Source of the DNA: Eubacteriales bacterium
Lineage (GTDB): Bacteria; Bacillota; Clostridia; Oscillospirales; CAG-272
Direction: 5' to 3'
Assembly (NCBI GenBank): GCA_045591885.1
Contig: JAZNTT010000047.1
Coordinates: forward strand, 1 to 57,913
Length of the DNA: 57,913 nt
Under the pieces are notes generated by a model. That model saw only the letters and a program-made list of their open reading frames with translations, was not told the origin of the DNA and did no database searches. Each line of letters opens with the position of its first letter. Within the stretch, counting starts at the first letter, position 1. This document shows, in pieces, positions 1 through 7,979 of the stretch. The position numbers were made by a program, and so were the translations under genes.

Positions 1-1071
1 GGTGAAAAAATCGACCTGACAGGGTGATGACGACGGGATCAGGTCGTTTACACCGACGGTGACCGAGCGAAGCGGTGCGGAAAAATGATGCTTTTCGAGC
101 GTTAGGGCAAAGGCGCGCTTGGCGATCACGGAATAGCTGTCTGTCGGCATATCGAGGCGGCACTGATACTGACGTGTTTGAAGATTACAGTCACGAAGCG
201 CAATGTTGACCGAGCACGCTTTTCTTTTTAGCGCGAGAAGCCGATGTCCAAGCTCCTCGCAAAGCGCGAGCATAACGGTCTTTATCTCCTCGCGTGTGCA
301 AAGATCACGCGCGGCTGTTGTGCCGTGGCTCATGCTCTTTATCGGCTCGGCGTTTTCCTCGGAAATTACGGGCGAGACGTCTCTGCCGTTAGCGATTTCG
401 ATAAGTGAAAGTCCATTTTTGCCGAGCGCACTTTTCAGCATCGGCGGATAAGCGTTTGCGATCTGCCCGATCGTGTGAATACCGAATCGCGCAAGCGCGG
501 CGCTTGTCGCGGGGCCTACGCCCATAAGATCGGAGGCGGGCAGATGCCAGATTTTTTCTCTGAACGATTCGTAGGGAATGACCGTCACGGCATCGGGCTT
601 TTTCATATCCGAGCCAAGCTTTGCGAACATTTTGTTGAACGAAACGCCAACCGAGATCGTAAGTCCAAGCTCCTTTTTTATGCGCTCTCGAACCGTGTTT
701 GCAATAGTCTCGCCGTCACCGAAAAGCGCGTGGCTTCCTGTCACGTCAAGCCAACATTCATCAGCGCCGAAAGGCTCAACAAGGTCGGTATAGGAAAGAT
801 ATATCTCCTTTGCCAAGCGCGAAAAATACATATATTCGTCGTAATGCGGCTCGGCAATTATCAGATCGGGGCATTTCTGCTTCGCGCGAACGACGGGCTC
901 GCCGGTCACGATTCCGTATTTTTTTGCGACGTAATTTTTTGCAAGCACTATCCCGTGCCGCTCTTCAATGCTTCCGCATACCGCGACGGGCAGCGAAAAA
1001 AGCCGAGGGTCCTTTCGACACTCGACGGATGCGAAAAAGTTGTTCATATCGCAGTGCAAAACGGTTCTCAT
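1..1071 (-). CDS. dinB: DNA polymerase IV (Y-family translesion polymerase); the 3' end of the gene lies beyond base 1
   Basis: Absent from the ORF track because the reverse frame stays open to base 1. Reverse translation from the ATG at 1071-1069 reads MRTVLHCDMNNFFASVECRKDPRLFSLPVAVCGSIEERHGIVLAKNYVAKKYGI..., a canonical DinB/UmuC N-terminus. I found no in-frame stop down to base 1. SOS boxes lie in its promoter. Confidence 0.9.
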   Translation of the reverse strand, partial: MRTVLHCDMNNFFASVECRKDPRLFSLPVAVCGSIEERHGIVLAKNYVAKKYGIVTGEPVVRAKQKCPDLIIAEPHYDEYMYFSRLAKEIYLSYTDLVEPFGADECWLDVTGSHALFGDGETIANTVRERIKKELGLTISVGVSFNKMFAKLGSDMKKPDAVTVIPYESFREKIWHLPASDLMGVGPATSAALARFGIHTIGQIANAYPPMLKSALGKNGLSLIEIANGRDVSPVISEENAEPIKSMSHGTTAARDLCTREEIKTVMLALCEELGHRLLALKRKACSVNIALRDCNLQTRQYQCRLDMPTDSYSVIAKRAFALTLEKHHFSAPLRSVTVGVNDLIPSSSPCQVDFFT

Positions 1072-1097
1072 CAAAAACATCACCCCCCACATACCCG

Positions 1098-1149
1098 ATT
1101 ATAACACGAACGGGTGTTCTTTGTCAATACGAAATCAAACATTTGTTCG
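1098..1149 (-). promoter_or_regulatory. dinB promoter with two LexA (SOS/Cheo) boxes
   Basis: The reverse strand reads TTGACA (1127-1122), an 18-nt spacer, then TATAAT (1103-1098). CGAACGGGTGTTCT at 1107-1120 (GAAC-N4-GTTC) lies inside the spacer. CAAACATTTGTTCG at 1136-1149 is one mismatch from the Firmicute consensus CGAAC-N4-GTTCG. Confidence 0.7.
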
Positions 1150-1339
1150 GTAATATCTGGTAATAACGGAGAGTAAAGCCAATGAAGTGAAAACAGCAAA
1201 ATAAGACACATAAGAAGCAAAATAGATTATTGACAAGGCGGCACTTCTTGGCGTTTCGATGCTCGGCCACGATATAACGGGCGGGCAAAGTGGCGTTAAA
1301 AACGGAATCGGATACGCTTGCCTTCCCCCTCGCTGCCAT

Positions 1340-1364
1340 AAAAAAAAGACGGGTCACGCCGTCT
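1340..1364 (-). terminator. Rho-independent terminator after the dtxR-gtrA pair
   Basis: Hairpin AGACGG/CCGTCT (1347-1364). On the minus strand it is followed by a run of 8 T (A-run 1340-1347 on the plus strand), just downstream of the stop at 1372. Confidence 0.7.
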
Positions 1365-1371
1365 GTCAATT

Positions 1372-1785
1372 TTATTTATTCGCGCTGTCGATGCTCTTTC
1401 CGAACACGAAAAATCTGTCGAAAAGATACTCGGAGACGAAATTGATAAGCATCGTCATTATAAGAACGACGTAACCGTTCCAGCCGACCTCGGAACCGGT
1501 AAGCATAGCTGTCCACCAGGTCGAAAGGGGAGTGAATACAAGATAAAATCCCGCGACCTTCAGCATCGCGATCGGTACGTTACTTGCCGAGCAGAAGGTG
1601 AATTTGCGGTTGAGGGTAAAGTTCCAAAGCACCGAAAGAACGAGCGAAAGCAGGTGTGCAATCCATTCCTTAAAATGAAAAAGATCGAAAAACACCGCGT
1701 ACGATGCGAGCTCTATTGCGCCCGCACTTATCGAAAAGAGGACGAACTTTACTGTTCTTAAAAGCTCTTTTTTCTTATCGCTCAT
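1372..1785 (-). CDS. GtrA family membrane protein
   Basis: 137 aa with four hydrophobic segments. FVLFSISAGAIELASYAVFF...WNFTLNRKFTF matches the GtrA-like pattern. The start overlaps the upstream stop (ATGA at 1782-1785). Confidence 0.75.
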   Translation of the reverse strand: MSDKKKELLRTVKFVLFSISAGAIELASYAVFFDLFHFKEWIAHLLSLVLSVLWNFTLNRKFTFCSASNVPIAMLKVAGFYLVFTPLSTWWTAMLTGSEVGWNGYVVLIMTMLINFVSEYLFDRFFVFGKSIDSANK

Positions 1786-2147
1786 CGGCTTTTCTCCGTG
1801 AATTTCTTTATCGCGTCAAGCGTTTCAGGACTGATAACGTGCTCGATCTTGCAGGCGTCGTCGGATGCGACCTCGGCGCTGACGCCAAGCCCGACAAGGA
1901 ATTCTGCGAGGACCGTATGACGCTCAAAAACATTCTTCGCCCTTTCCTCGCCCATCTCGGTAAGTATCAGATTTCCGACGCCGTCAACGGTAAGGTAACC
2001 GCCCTTTTTGAGCAGACCCACAGCACGGCTTACGCTCGGCTTGCTGTAGCCCATCTCCTCGGCAACGTCGATGCTTCGCACCGCGCCCTTTTGGGAGAGG
2101 ACGTATATTGTTTCGAGATACATCTCGGCAGATTCGTGAAGATTCAT
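1782..2147 (-). CDS. DtxR/MntR-family metal-dependent transcriptional repressor (short form, no SH3-like domain)
   Basis: MNLHESAEMYLETIYVL...MGYSKPSVSRAVGLLKKGGYL...HTVLAEFL is the typical DtxR-family HTH plus dimerisation/metal-site region. It is divergent from feoAB. Confidence 0.85.
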   Translation of the reverse strand: MNLHESAEMYLETIYVLSQKGAVRSIDVAEEMGYSKPSVSRAVGLLKKGGYLTVDGVGNLILTEMGEERAKNVFERHTVLAEFLVGLGVSAEVASDDACKIEHVISPETLDAIKKFTEKSR

Positions 2148-2223
2148 AAAAAACTCCTTGAGTCGTTCTTAACTAATTTTATCATATAATTAAAAAATTT
2201 GCAATAAAAATATAAAAAACCAC

Positions 2224-2252
2224 TTGACAAATGGGGATCAAGGTGCTAAAAT
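2224..2252 (+). promoter_or_regulatory. sigmaA-type promoter of feoA
   Basis: TTGACA (2224-2229), a 17-nt spacer, then TAAAAT (2247-2252). Confidence 0.65.
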
Positions 2253-2260
2253 ATACCACG

Positions 2261-2276
2261 GTTAGCGGATGCTAAC
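2261..2276. promoter_or_regulatory. Putative DtxR-family operator (GTTAGC-N4-GCTAAC), copy 1
   Basis: Perfect inverted repeat GTTAGCggatGCTAAC immediately downstream of the -10. The half-sites resemble the TTAGGTTAGCCTAACCTAA-type DtxR/IdeR box. The same repeat recurs at 2559-2574. Confidence 0.55.
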
Positions 2277-2305
2277 TGACGTAAAACGTCAATAAGGAGC
2301 AAAAA

Positions 2306-2518
2306 ATGACACTCAAACAGGCAGAAGAGGGAATTGAATATATCGTAAAAGCCATCGAAACCGACGATGAGGAGCTTAACGCGTTCCTTTTCACGCTCGG
2401 CTGTTACGCAGGCGAGCCGATAACGGTCATCTCACGTCGCAAGAGCGGACTTACGGTGTCGATCAAGGACGGCAGATACAGTATTGATCCCCAGCTTGCC
2501 GACGCGATCATAATTTAA
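2306..2518 (+). CDS. feoA: FeoA family ferrous iron transport protein
   Basis: 70-aa SH3-like FeoA pattern (GEPITVISRRKSGLTVSIKDGRYSI). It sits directly upstream of feoB, with RBS AAGGAG. Confidence 0.85.
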   Translation: MTLKQAEEGIEYIVKAIETDDEELNAFLFTLGCYAGEPITVISRRKSGLTVSIKDGRYSIDPQLADAIII

Positions 2519-2522
2519 AAAA

Positions 2523-2549
2523 GCAGAGCGGCGCTCTGCTGATTATTTT
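2523..2549 (+). terminator. Terminator-like hairpin between feoA and feoB
   Basis: GCAGAGC-ggc-GCTCTGC (2523-2539), followed by the T-rich stretch tgattatttt. Confidence 0.45.
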
Positions 2550-2558
2550 CGCCCATCA

Positions 2559-2574
2559 GTTAGCAACGGCTAAC
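2559..2574. promoter_or_regulatory. Putative DtxR-family operator (GTTAGC-N4-GCTAAC), copy 2
   Basis: GTTAGCaacgGCTAAC, with arms identical to the 2261-2276 site, lies about 40 nt upstream of the feoB start. Confidence 0.5.
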
Positions 2575-2615
2575 CGACTAAAAGAATTAAAGTTATCCGA
2601 ACAGGAGTAAAATAA

Positions 2616-4544
2616 ATGAGAATAGCATTAGCAGGAAATCCGAACAGCGGAAAGACCACTATGTATAATGCCCTGACGGGCAGAAGCGAAAAGGTCGGAA
2701 ACTGGGCGGGAGTCACAGTCGACAAAAAGGAGCACGCGGTAAAGGGCGCATACGGAGAAAACGTTATCGCAGTCGACCTTCCGGGCGCATACTCGATGTC
2801 GCCCTTCACGAGCGAGGAGTCGGTAACGAGCGAGTACGTTAAGAACGAAAACCCCGATGCGATAATCAATATCGTCGATGCGACTAACCTCAGCAGAAGC
2901 TTGTTCTTCACAACACAGCTCCTTGAGCTTGGGATTCCCGTCGTCGTCGCGCTCAATAAGACCGATGCTAATAAGAAAAAGCACAATAAGATAGACGCCT
3001 CTAAGCTGAGCGAAAAGCTCGGATGCCCCGTAATTGAAACCGTTTCGACAACGGGCGAGGGACTTAAGGAGGTCGTATCCACTGCAGTAGCTTCTGTCGG
3101 CAAGGGACAGACCGCGCCTTATGTGGGAGCAAATGCGACCGATAAGAAATCGTCCGAAGAAGAGGATAAGCGCCGCTATAAGTTCGTAAATTCGATAGTC
3201 AAGGAAGTCGAAAGCAGAAAAACGCTTACGAAGAACAAGAACTATCAGGATAAGATAGACGCAGTACTTACCAATAAATGGCTCGGGATCCCGATTTTTG
3301 CAGTCGTAATGTTTGCTGTGTTCTGGATATCACAGGCAGGACCGGGCGTCTGGATCGCAGACTGGCTCGTCGGACTCCTTGAAAAGGGACAGGGCGCGCT
3401 CGGCAATCTTATGCTCGAGCACGACGTTGCCCCACTTCTCTACGAGCTTCTCGTTAACGGCGTTATCGGCGGAGTTATCGCCGTTATCGGCTTCCTCCCC
3501 CTCGTAATGATAATGTATTTTCTTCTCGCACTCCTTGAGGACTGCGGATATATGGCAAGAGTTTCCGTCGTGCTTGACCCGATCTTCAAAAAGGTCGGCT
3601 TGAGCGGAAAATCGGTCATTCCCTTTGTTATCGGAACTGGATGCGCGATCCCCGGCGTTATGGCTTGCCGCACTATAAGAGATGAAAGAGAACGCCGTGC
3701 GACCGCGATGCTCGCACCCTTTATGCCCTGCGGTGCGAAGCTTCCAATAATCGCGGCATTTGCAGGCGCGTTCTTCAAGGGCTCCTCGTGGGTTGGACCG
3801 CTTATGTACTTTATGGGCATCGTCGTAATACTTATCGGCGCGCTTATCGTGAACGGTATCACGGGCGCGAAGAGAAAGTCCTTCTTCATAATCGAGCTTC
3901 CCGAGTATAAAGCACCCTCGTTTTGGGGCGCGATCAAGAGCATGTGTCAGCGCGGCTGGTCCTTCGTCGTCAAGGCGGCAACCATTATTCTGCTTTGCAA
4001 TACCGCAGTACAGATAATGCAGACCTTTACCTGGTCGTTCAAGGTGGCAACGGAAGCAAACGATTCGATCCTTGCTTCAATAGGCGGACCGTTCGCATAC
4101 CTGCTCGTCCCCGTTATCGGCTTCCACGCATGGCAGATGGCGGCAGCGGCGATAACCGGCTTTATAGCTAAGGAAAACGTAGTCGGAACCCTCGCGGTAT
4201 GCTTCGCAATCTCTGACGTTGCAACCGAGCTTCCCGGCGCAAGCCCCGAGCTTACGACGGTTGCGGCACTCGCTTATCTGATGTTCAACCTCTTCACACC
4301 GCCTTGCTTCGCGGCAATCGGCGCGATGAACTCCGAAATGAAGAGCGCGAAATGGCTCTTCGGCGGTATCGCGCTTCAGATCGCATTTGGATATACGATC
4401 GGCTACCTCGTTTATACCGTTGGAACGCTTATAGTTTCCCCCGTATCGCTCGCAATCACACCAGCGATCATCGGCGGAATTGCCGTAATGACGTTTGCGG
4501 TGATCATAACGGCGCTCATAATAAGAGCGAGGAAAAAGGCATGA
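2616..4544 (+). CDS. feoB: Ferrous iron transporter FeoB (GTPase plus permease)
   Basis: N-terminal G-domain MRIALAGNPNSGKTTMYNALTG...DLPGAYS...ALNKTD, followed by a polytopic membrane domain. Confidence 0.95.
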   Translation: MRIALAGNPNSGKTTMYNALTGRSEKVGNWAGVTVDKKEHAVKGAYGENVIAVDLPGAYSMSPFTSEESVTSEYVKNENPDAIINIVDATNLSRSLFFTTQLLELGIPVVVALNKTDANKKKHNKIDASKLSEKLGCPVIETVSTTGEGLKEVVSTAVASVGKGQTAPYVGANATDKKSSEEEDKRRYKFVNSIVKEVESRKTLTKNKNYQDKIDAVLTNKWLGIPIFAVVMFAVFWISQAGPGVWIADWLVGLLEKGQGALGNLMLEHDVAPLLYELLVNGVIGGVIAVIGFLPLVMIMYFLLALLEDCGYMARVSVVLDPIFKKVGLSGKSVIPFVIGTGCAIPGVMACRTIRDERERRATAMLAPFMPCGAKLPIIAAFAGAFFKGSSWVGPLMYFMGIVVILIGALIVNGITGAKRKSFFIIELPEYKAPSFWGAIKSMCQRGWSFVVKAATIILLCNTAVQIMQTFTWSFKVATEANDSILASIGGPFAYLLVPVIGFHAWQMAAAAITGFIAKENVVGTLAVCFAISDVATELPGASPELTTVAALAYLMFNLFTPPCFAAIGAMNSEMKSAKWLFGGIALQIAFGYTIGYLVYTVGTLIVSPVSLAITPAIIGGIAVMTFAVIITALIIRARKKA

Positions 4545-4681
4545 TTAACGTAATTGTAATTTCGGTTATCGTCATTATCATTCTCGGCGCATTGTTCTAC
4601 ATAGTAAGAGAAAAGAAAAAAGGACGTAAGTGTATCGGTTGCCCGCATTCGGGCGAATGCTCAAAAAAGAACTGTCACTGA
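4541..4681 (+). CDS. FeoB-associated Cys-rich small membrane protein
   Basis: The ATG at 4541 overlaps the feoB stop (ATGA). The 46-aa product MINVIVISVIVIIILGALFYIVREKKKGRKCIGCPHSGECSKKNCH has one TM segment and a Cys-rich tail. The longer track ORF from 4304 is an in-frame artefact inside feoB. Confidence 0.75.
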   Translation: MINVIVISVIVIIILGALFYIVREKKKGRKCIGCPHSGECSKKNCH

Positions 4682-4710
4682 AAACAGGCGGACGTTGTCC
4701 GCCTGTTTTT
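4682..4710 (+). terminator. Rho-independent terminator of the feo operon
   Basis: ACAGGCGGAC-gtt-GTCCGCCTGT followed by TTTTT. Confidence 0.85.
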
Positions 4711-4773
4711 ATGCAGTAAGCAAAATCCCCAAAACATTACCTGCTATGATAATAAATTTTTTCGCCTCCCTTA

Positions 4774-4802
4774 TTGATTTTAGTTCGTTAATATGATATA
4801 CT
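4774..4802 (+). promoter_or_regulatory. Candidate glyA promoter
   Basis: TTGATT (4774-4779), a 17-nt spacer, then TATACT (4797-4802). A TGtTATAAT extended -10 also follows at 4804-4812. Confidence 0.4.
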
Positions 4803-4843
4803 ATGTTATAATGAGAATTTTTTTGATATGTGAGGAAAAAACA

Positions 4844-6085
4844 ATGGTAGAAGAAACACTCCGTTACCTGACAGAATGTGATCCCGAGGTCGGAAAGGCA
4901 ATAGAAGCCGAGTTTGAGCGTCAGTGCGACGGCATCGAGCTTATCGCATCTGAAAACTTCGTTTCGCCCGCAGTAATGGCGGCGGCAGGAACCATTCTTA
5001 CTAATAAATACGCAGAGGGCTATCCGGGAAAGCGTTACTACGGCGGCTGTGAAAAGGTCGACGTTGTCGAGGACATCGCGCGTGAACGCGCAAAGAAGCT
5101 CTTCGGCGCAGAGCACGCAAACGTTCAGCCGCATAGCGGTTCGCAGGCGAATACCGCGGTATACGTAGCGCTTCTTCAGGCAGGAGATACCGTTATGGGT
5201 ATGTCGCTTGCGGACGGCGGACACCTCACACACGGAAGCCCCGTAAACATTTCGGGTCTTTACTATAATTTCGTTTCCTACGGCGTTGACCCCGTAACTC
5301 ACCTTATCGATTACGATAAGCTCGAGCAGCAGGCAATGGAAGTCAAGCCGAAGCTCATCGTCGCAGGCGCGTCGGCATATCCCCGCGTTATCGACTTTGA
5401 GAGAATGGCTGAGATCGCAAAGAAGTGCGGAGCGTACCTGATGGTAGATATGGCTCATATCGCAGGACTTGTAGCGGCAGGACTTCATCCGAACCCCGTT
5501 CCTTACGCTGATGTCGTAACGACGACCACTCACAAAACGCTTCGCGGTCCGCGCGGAGGACTTATCCTCTGCCGCGAGGAGCTTGCGAAGAAGATAGATA
5601 AGGCGATCTTCCCCGGAATCCAGGGCGGTCCGCTTCTCCACATTATCGCTGCTAAGGCAGTCTGCTTCGGCGAGGCGCTCAAGCCCGAGTTCAAGCAGTA
5701 TCAGGAGCAGATCGTAAAGAACGCAAAGGCTCTTGCAGATACTCTTGTCGAAGAGGGCTTCGACCTCGTGTCGGGCGGAACCGATAACCACCTTATGCTC
5801 GTTGACCTCCGTAACTTCAACGTAACCGGTAAGGAAATGGAGCACCGTCTCGATGAGGTACATATCACTGCAAATAAGAACGCGATCCCGAACGATCCTC
5901 AGAGCCCGTTTATCACAAGCGGTATCAGAGTAGGAACTCCCGCCGCAACGACGAGAGGACTCAAGGAAGAGGATATGGTAACGATCGGTAAGCTCATTAA
6001 GCTCACAGCGGCAGATTTTGAGAACTCCGCAGATTATATCAGAGCCGAAGTCAAGAAGCTCTGCGAAAAGTATCCCCTCTATTAA
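4844..6085 (+). CDS. glyA: Serine hydroxymethyltransferase
   Basis: [27 protein letters not shown]...ELIASENF...[14 protein letters not shown] (PLP-lysine motif). I chose the start at 4844, behind RBS GAGGAAAAA, rather than the track start at 4793. Confidence 0.95.
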   Translation: MVEETLRYLTECDPEVGKAIEAEFERQCDGIELIASENFVSPAVMAAAGTILTNKYAEGYPGKRYYGGCEKVDVVEDIARERAKKLFGAEHANVQPHSGSQANTAVYVALLQAGDTVMGMSLADGGHLTHGSPVNISGLYYNFVSYGVDPVTHLIDYDKLEQQAMEVKPKLIVAGASAYPRVIDFERMAEIAKKCGAYLMVDMAHIAGLVAAGLHPNPVPYADVVTTTTHKTLRGPRGGLILCREELAKKIDKAIFPGIQGGPLLHIIAAKAVCFGEALKPEFKQYQEQIVKNAKALADTLVEEGFDLVSGGTDNHLMLVDLRNFNVTGKEMEHRLDEVHITANKNAIPNDPQSPFITSGIRVGTPAATTRGLKEEDMVTIGKLIKLTAADFENSADYIRAEVKKLCEKYPLY

Positions 6086-6090
6086 AAACG

Positions 6091-6122
6091 AAACTCCGTT
6101 TTCCCTGAAAACGGAGTTTTTT
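6091..6122 (+). terminator. Rho-independent terminator of glyA
   Basis: AAACTCCGTT...AACGGAGTTT stem followed by a T-run. Confidence 0.85.
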
Positions 6123-6153
6123 GAGGAAAAATAAAGACAGACAAGGAAAAAGT

Positions 6154-7068
6154 ATGCAATACATAGTCCTCGACCTTGAATGGAACCAAGCGCTGTCGCG
6201 CGAGCAGTTCGTGACCGAGCCGGTCAAGCTGCGCGGTGAGATCGTGCAGATCGGTGCGGTGAAACTCGATGATGGCTTCAATCCGATCGACACGTTCAAA
6301 ATAATGGTTTCCCCTCGTCACTACAAAATAATGAACTATAAGGTGCGCGAACTGACGGGAATACGAACCGCAGACATAAAGCGCGGTCTCAGCTTTCCTA
6401 TTGCTTTCGGATTTTTCAAAAAATGGTGCGGAAGCGAATGTACTCTCCTCACCTGGGGCTGTGACGATATTCCGATGCTGAAGGACAATATGACGCTCCA
6501 CGGAATCGACACAGAGTTGCTCCCTCCGCATTATGACGTCCAGCCGATATTCGACTCGCAGGTAACTAAGGAAAAACGCCAGCACTCTCTCACAAGCGCG
6601 ATGGAGCTGCTCGGTGAACCGCCCTTTGAGGCTCACGATGCGTTGAACGATGCGCTAAGCACGGCGGCGGTCTGCCGACATCTCGATATGGAAGCGGGCT
6701 TTCTCGGGTACGAGGACATCACGAGAAGCTCAAAGCTTCCGACGATCGGCAAAAGCTTTACAAGGTTCAGTGAGATCATACGCGACGAGGAAGTCAATAC
6801 CCTTGTCTGTCCCGAATGCAGAAAGCTTGTTCATGCAGGCGAATGGATATCATGCCGCCGCGGAAAGCTGATGGCTAAAAACGATTGCGGGTGCGGCGAA
6901 AGGTATCTGACCTTCCTCTTTTGCATCAAAAACAAGGACGGTACGTATCGCGTCGGCAGAAAAATGCAGAAGCGCGAGGAGGCAGACGATGTCTACTACG
7001 AAAAGAAACGCGCAAAGAATGAGGAATGGCGCAAAAAGAAAACGGAACGGATTCTGACACACGCTTAA
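6154..7068 (+). CDS. DEDDh-type 3'-5' exonuclease (DnaQ/RNase T-like) with a C-terminal Cys-rich zinc-ribbon-like region
   Basis: YIVLDLEWN (ExoI), WGCDDIPML (ExoII) and HDALNDA (ExoIII, DEDDh). CPEC...C...CGCG follows near the C-terminus. The start at 6154 (MQYIVLDLEW, RBS AAGGAAAAAG) avoids overlap with the glyA terminator. Confidence 0.8.
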   Translation: MQYIVLDLEWNQALSREQFVTEPVKLRGEIVQIGAVKLDDGFNPIDTFKIMVSPRHYKIMNYKVRELTGIRTADIKRGLSFPIAFGFFKKWCGSECTLLTWGCDDIPMLKDNMTLHGIDTELLPPHYDVQPIFDSQVTKEKRQHSLTSAMELLGEPPFEAHDALNDALSTAAVCRHLDMEAGFLGYEDITRSSKLPTIGKSFTRFSEIIRDEEVNTLVCPECRKLVHAGEWISCRRGKLMAKNDCGCGERYLTFLFCIKNKDGTYRVGRKMQKREEADDVYYEKKRAKNEEWRKKKTERILTHA

Positions 7069-7082
7069 GGGTTAAAAAAGTC

Positions 7083-7111
7083 TTGATTTTTTTGCTGAAA
7101 TAGGTTATACT
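7083..7111 (+). promoter_or_regulatory. sigmaA-type promoter
   Basis: TTGATT (7083-7088), a 17-nt spacer, then TATACT (7106-7111). Confidence 0.5.
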
Positions 7112-7137
7112 GAGAAAAAGCGAAAAGGAGAATCCTT

Positions 7138-7779
7138 ATGCCGACAGAAAACATTTCGAAGTTCAAAACGAATAAAAGTAATCTATATTTGCGCGTTGCA
7201 CGCGGTCACTTTGCGACGAGCCATAGCCATACTAACTATTATATAGACGTAACTAAGCAAAAGACACGTCTTTCAGAGGCGAAGGCTGTTGGAGCAGAGC
7301 TCGCGGCGCATTATACGGGAAGCTCTATTGTAGATACCGTTCTTTGTCTTGACGGCACCGAGGTCATCGGTGCTTGCCTTGCAAACGAGCTGACAAAAAC
7401 CTCGTACGCAGGTCTTAATTCAAACCAGACGATAAACGTCCTGACCCCCGAGCATACCTCGGGAAGCCAGCTTCTGTTCCGCGACAGCATTGCCCCGATG
7501 ATAAAGGGCAATCATGTGCTTATTCTTGCGGCATCGGTCGTAACGGGCTTCACGGCACGCGGCGCGATCGAGGCGATCCGCTACTACGGCGGTGAGGTCG
7601 TCGGTGTCTGCTCGATATTTGCTATCGCTGATGAATGTATGGGCTATCCGGTACGCTCGATATTCGACCTCAAGGACCTGAACGATTACGTCAGCTACGG
7701 CTCTCATGAGTGCCCTATGTGCAAGAACGGTCAGAAGATCGATGCACTGATAAACCGCTTCGGATATTCAAAGCTTTGA
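7138..7779 (+). CDS. Phosphoribosyltransferase-like protein (orotate PRT-like fold) with a degenerate PRPP loop
   Basis: GHFATSHSHTNYYID resembles the PyrE-like N-terminus. A PRT signature-like VLILAASVVTGFTARGA is present, but the usual acidic pair is replaced by AA. There is a C-terminal CPMC. Confidence 0.6.
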   Translation: MPTENISKFKTNKSNLYLRVARGHFATSHSHTNYYIDVTKQKTRLSEAKAVGAELAAHYTGSSIVDTVLCLDGTEVIGACLANELTKTSYAGLNSNQTINVLTPEHTSGSQLLFRDSIAPMIKGNHVLILAASVVTGFTARGAIEAIRYYGGEVVGVCSIFAIADECMGYPVRSIFDLKDLNDYVSYGSHECPMCKNGQKIDALINRFGYSKL

Positions 7780-7787
7780 TATTAGAA

Positions 7788-7812
7788 GAACCCTCAACCG
7801 AGGGTTCTTTTT
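7788..7812 (+). terminator. Rho-independent terminator
   Basis: GAACCCTC-aacc-GAGGGTTC followed by TTTTT. Confidence 0.85.
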
Positions 7813-7946
7813 CCTTGCCTTCCCCTCAGGGGAAGGTGCTGAACGAAGTGAAGCGGATGAGGTGTAGGCGGCAGCGCCGCCGTTAACAAACCAATGTAAC
7901 ATCGCTTTACACGGGCGACCATTGTGTTTCCCGTCTATTTTACCGC

Positions 7947-7978
7947 AAAAGAAAACCGCCCCATGTTTGGGCGGTTTT
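7947..7978 (-). terminator. Rho-independent terminator of murI
   Basis: CCGCCC/GGGCGG stem with a minus-strand T-run (the plus-strand A-rich stretch at 7947-7955). Confidence 0.75.
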
Positions 7979-7979
7979 C

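Noticed and set aside
475-1104. 209-aa plus-strand ORF, and the overlapping ORFs at 203-451, 578-793 and 810-1163
   Set aside because: They are antisense or out of frame to the clear DinB coding sequence on the minus strand, and their products are Arg/Ser-rich with no recognisable domain.
4304-4681. 125-aa ORF spanning the end of feoB
   Set aside because: Only the last 46 codons (from the ATG at 4541, overlapping the feoB stop) form a credible small Cys-rich membrane protein. The upstream part is an alternative frame inside feoB.
7818-7836. Perfect 8-bp palindrome CCTTCCCC-tca-GGGGAAGG after the PRT-like gene terminator, and ORF 7768-7983 across it
   Set aside because: It is a single copy in this window sitting between two convergent terminators. 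It is most simply an extra terminator or stabiliser stem. The ORF has no coding features.
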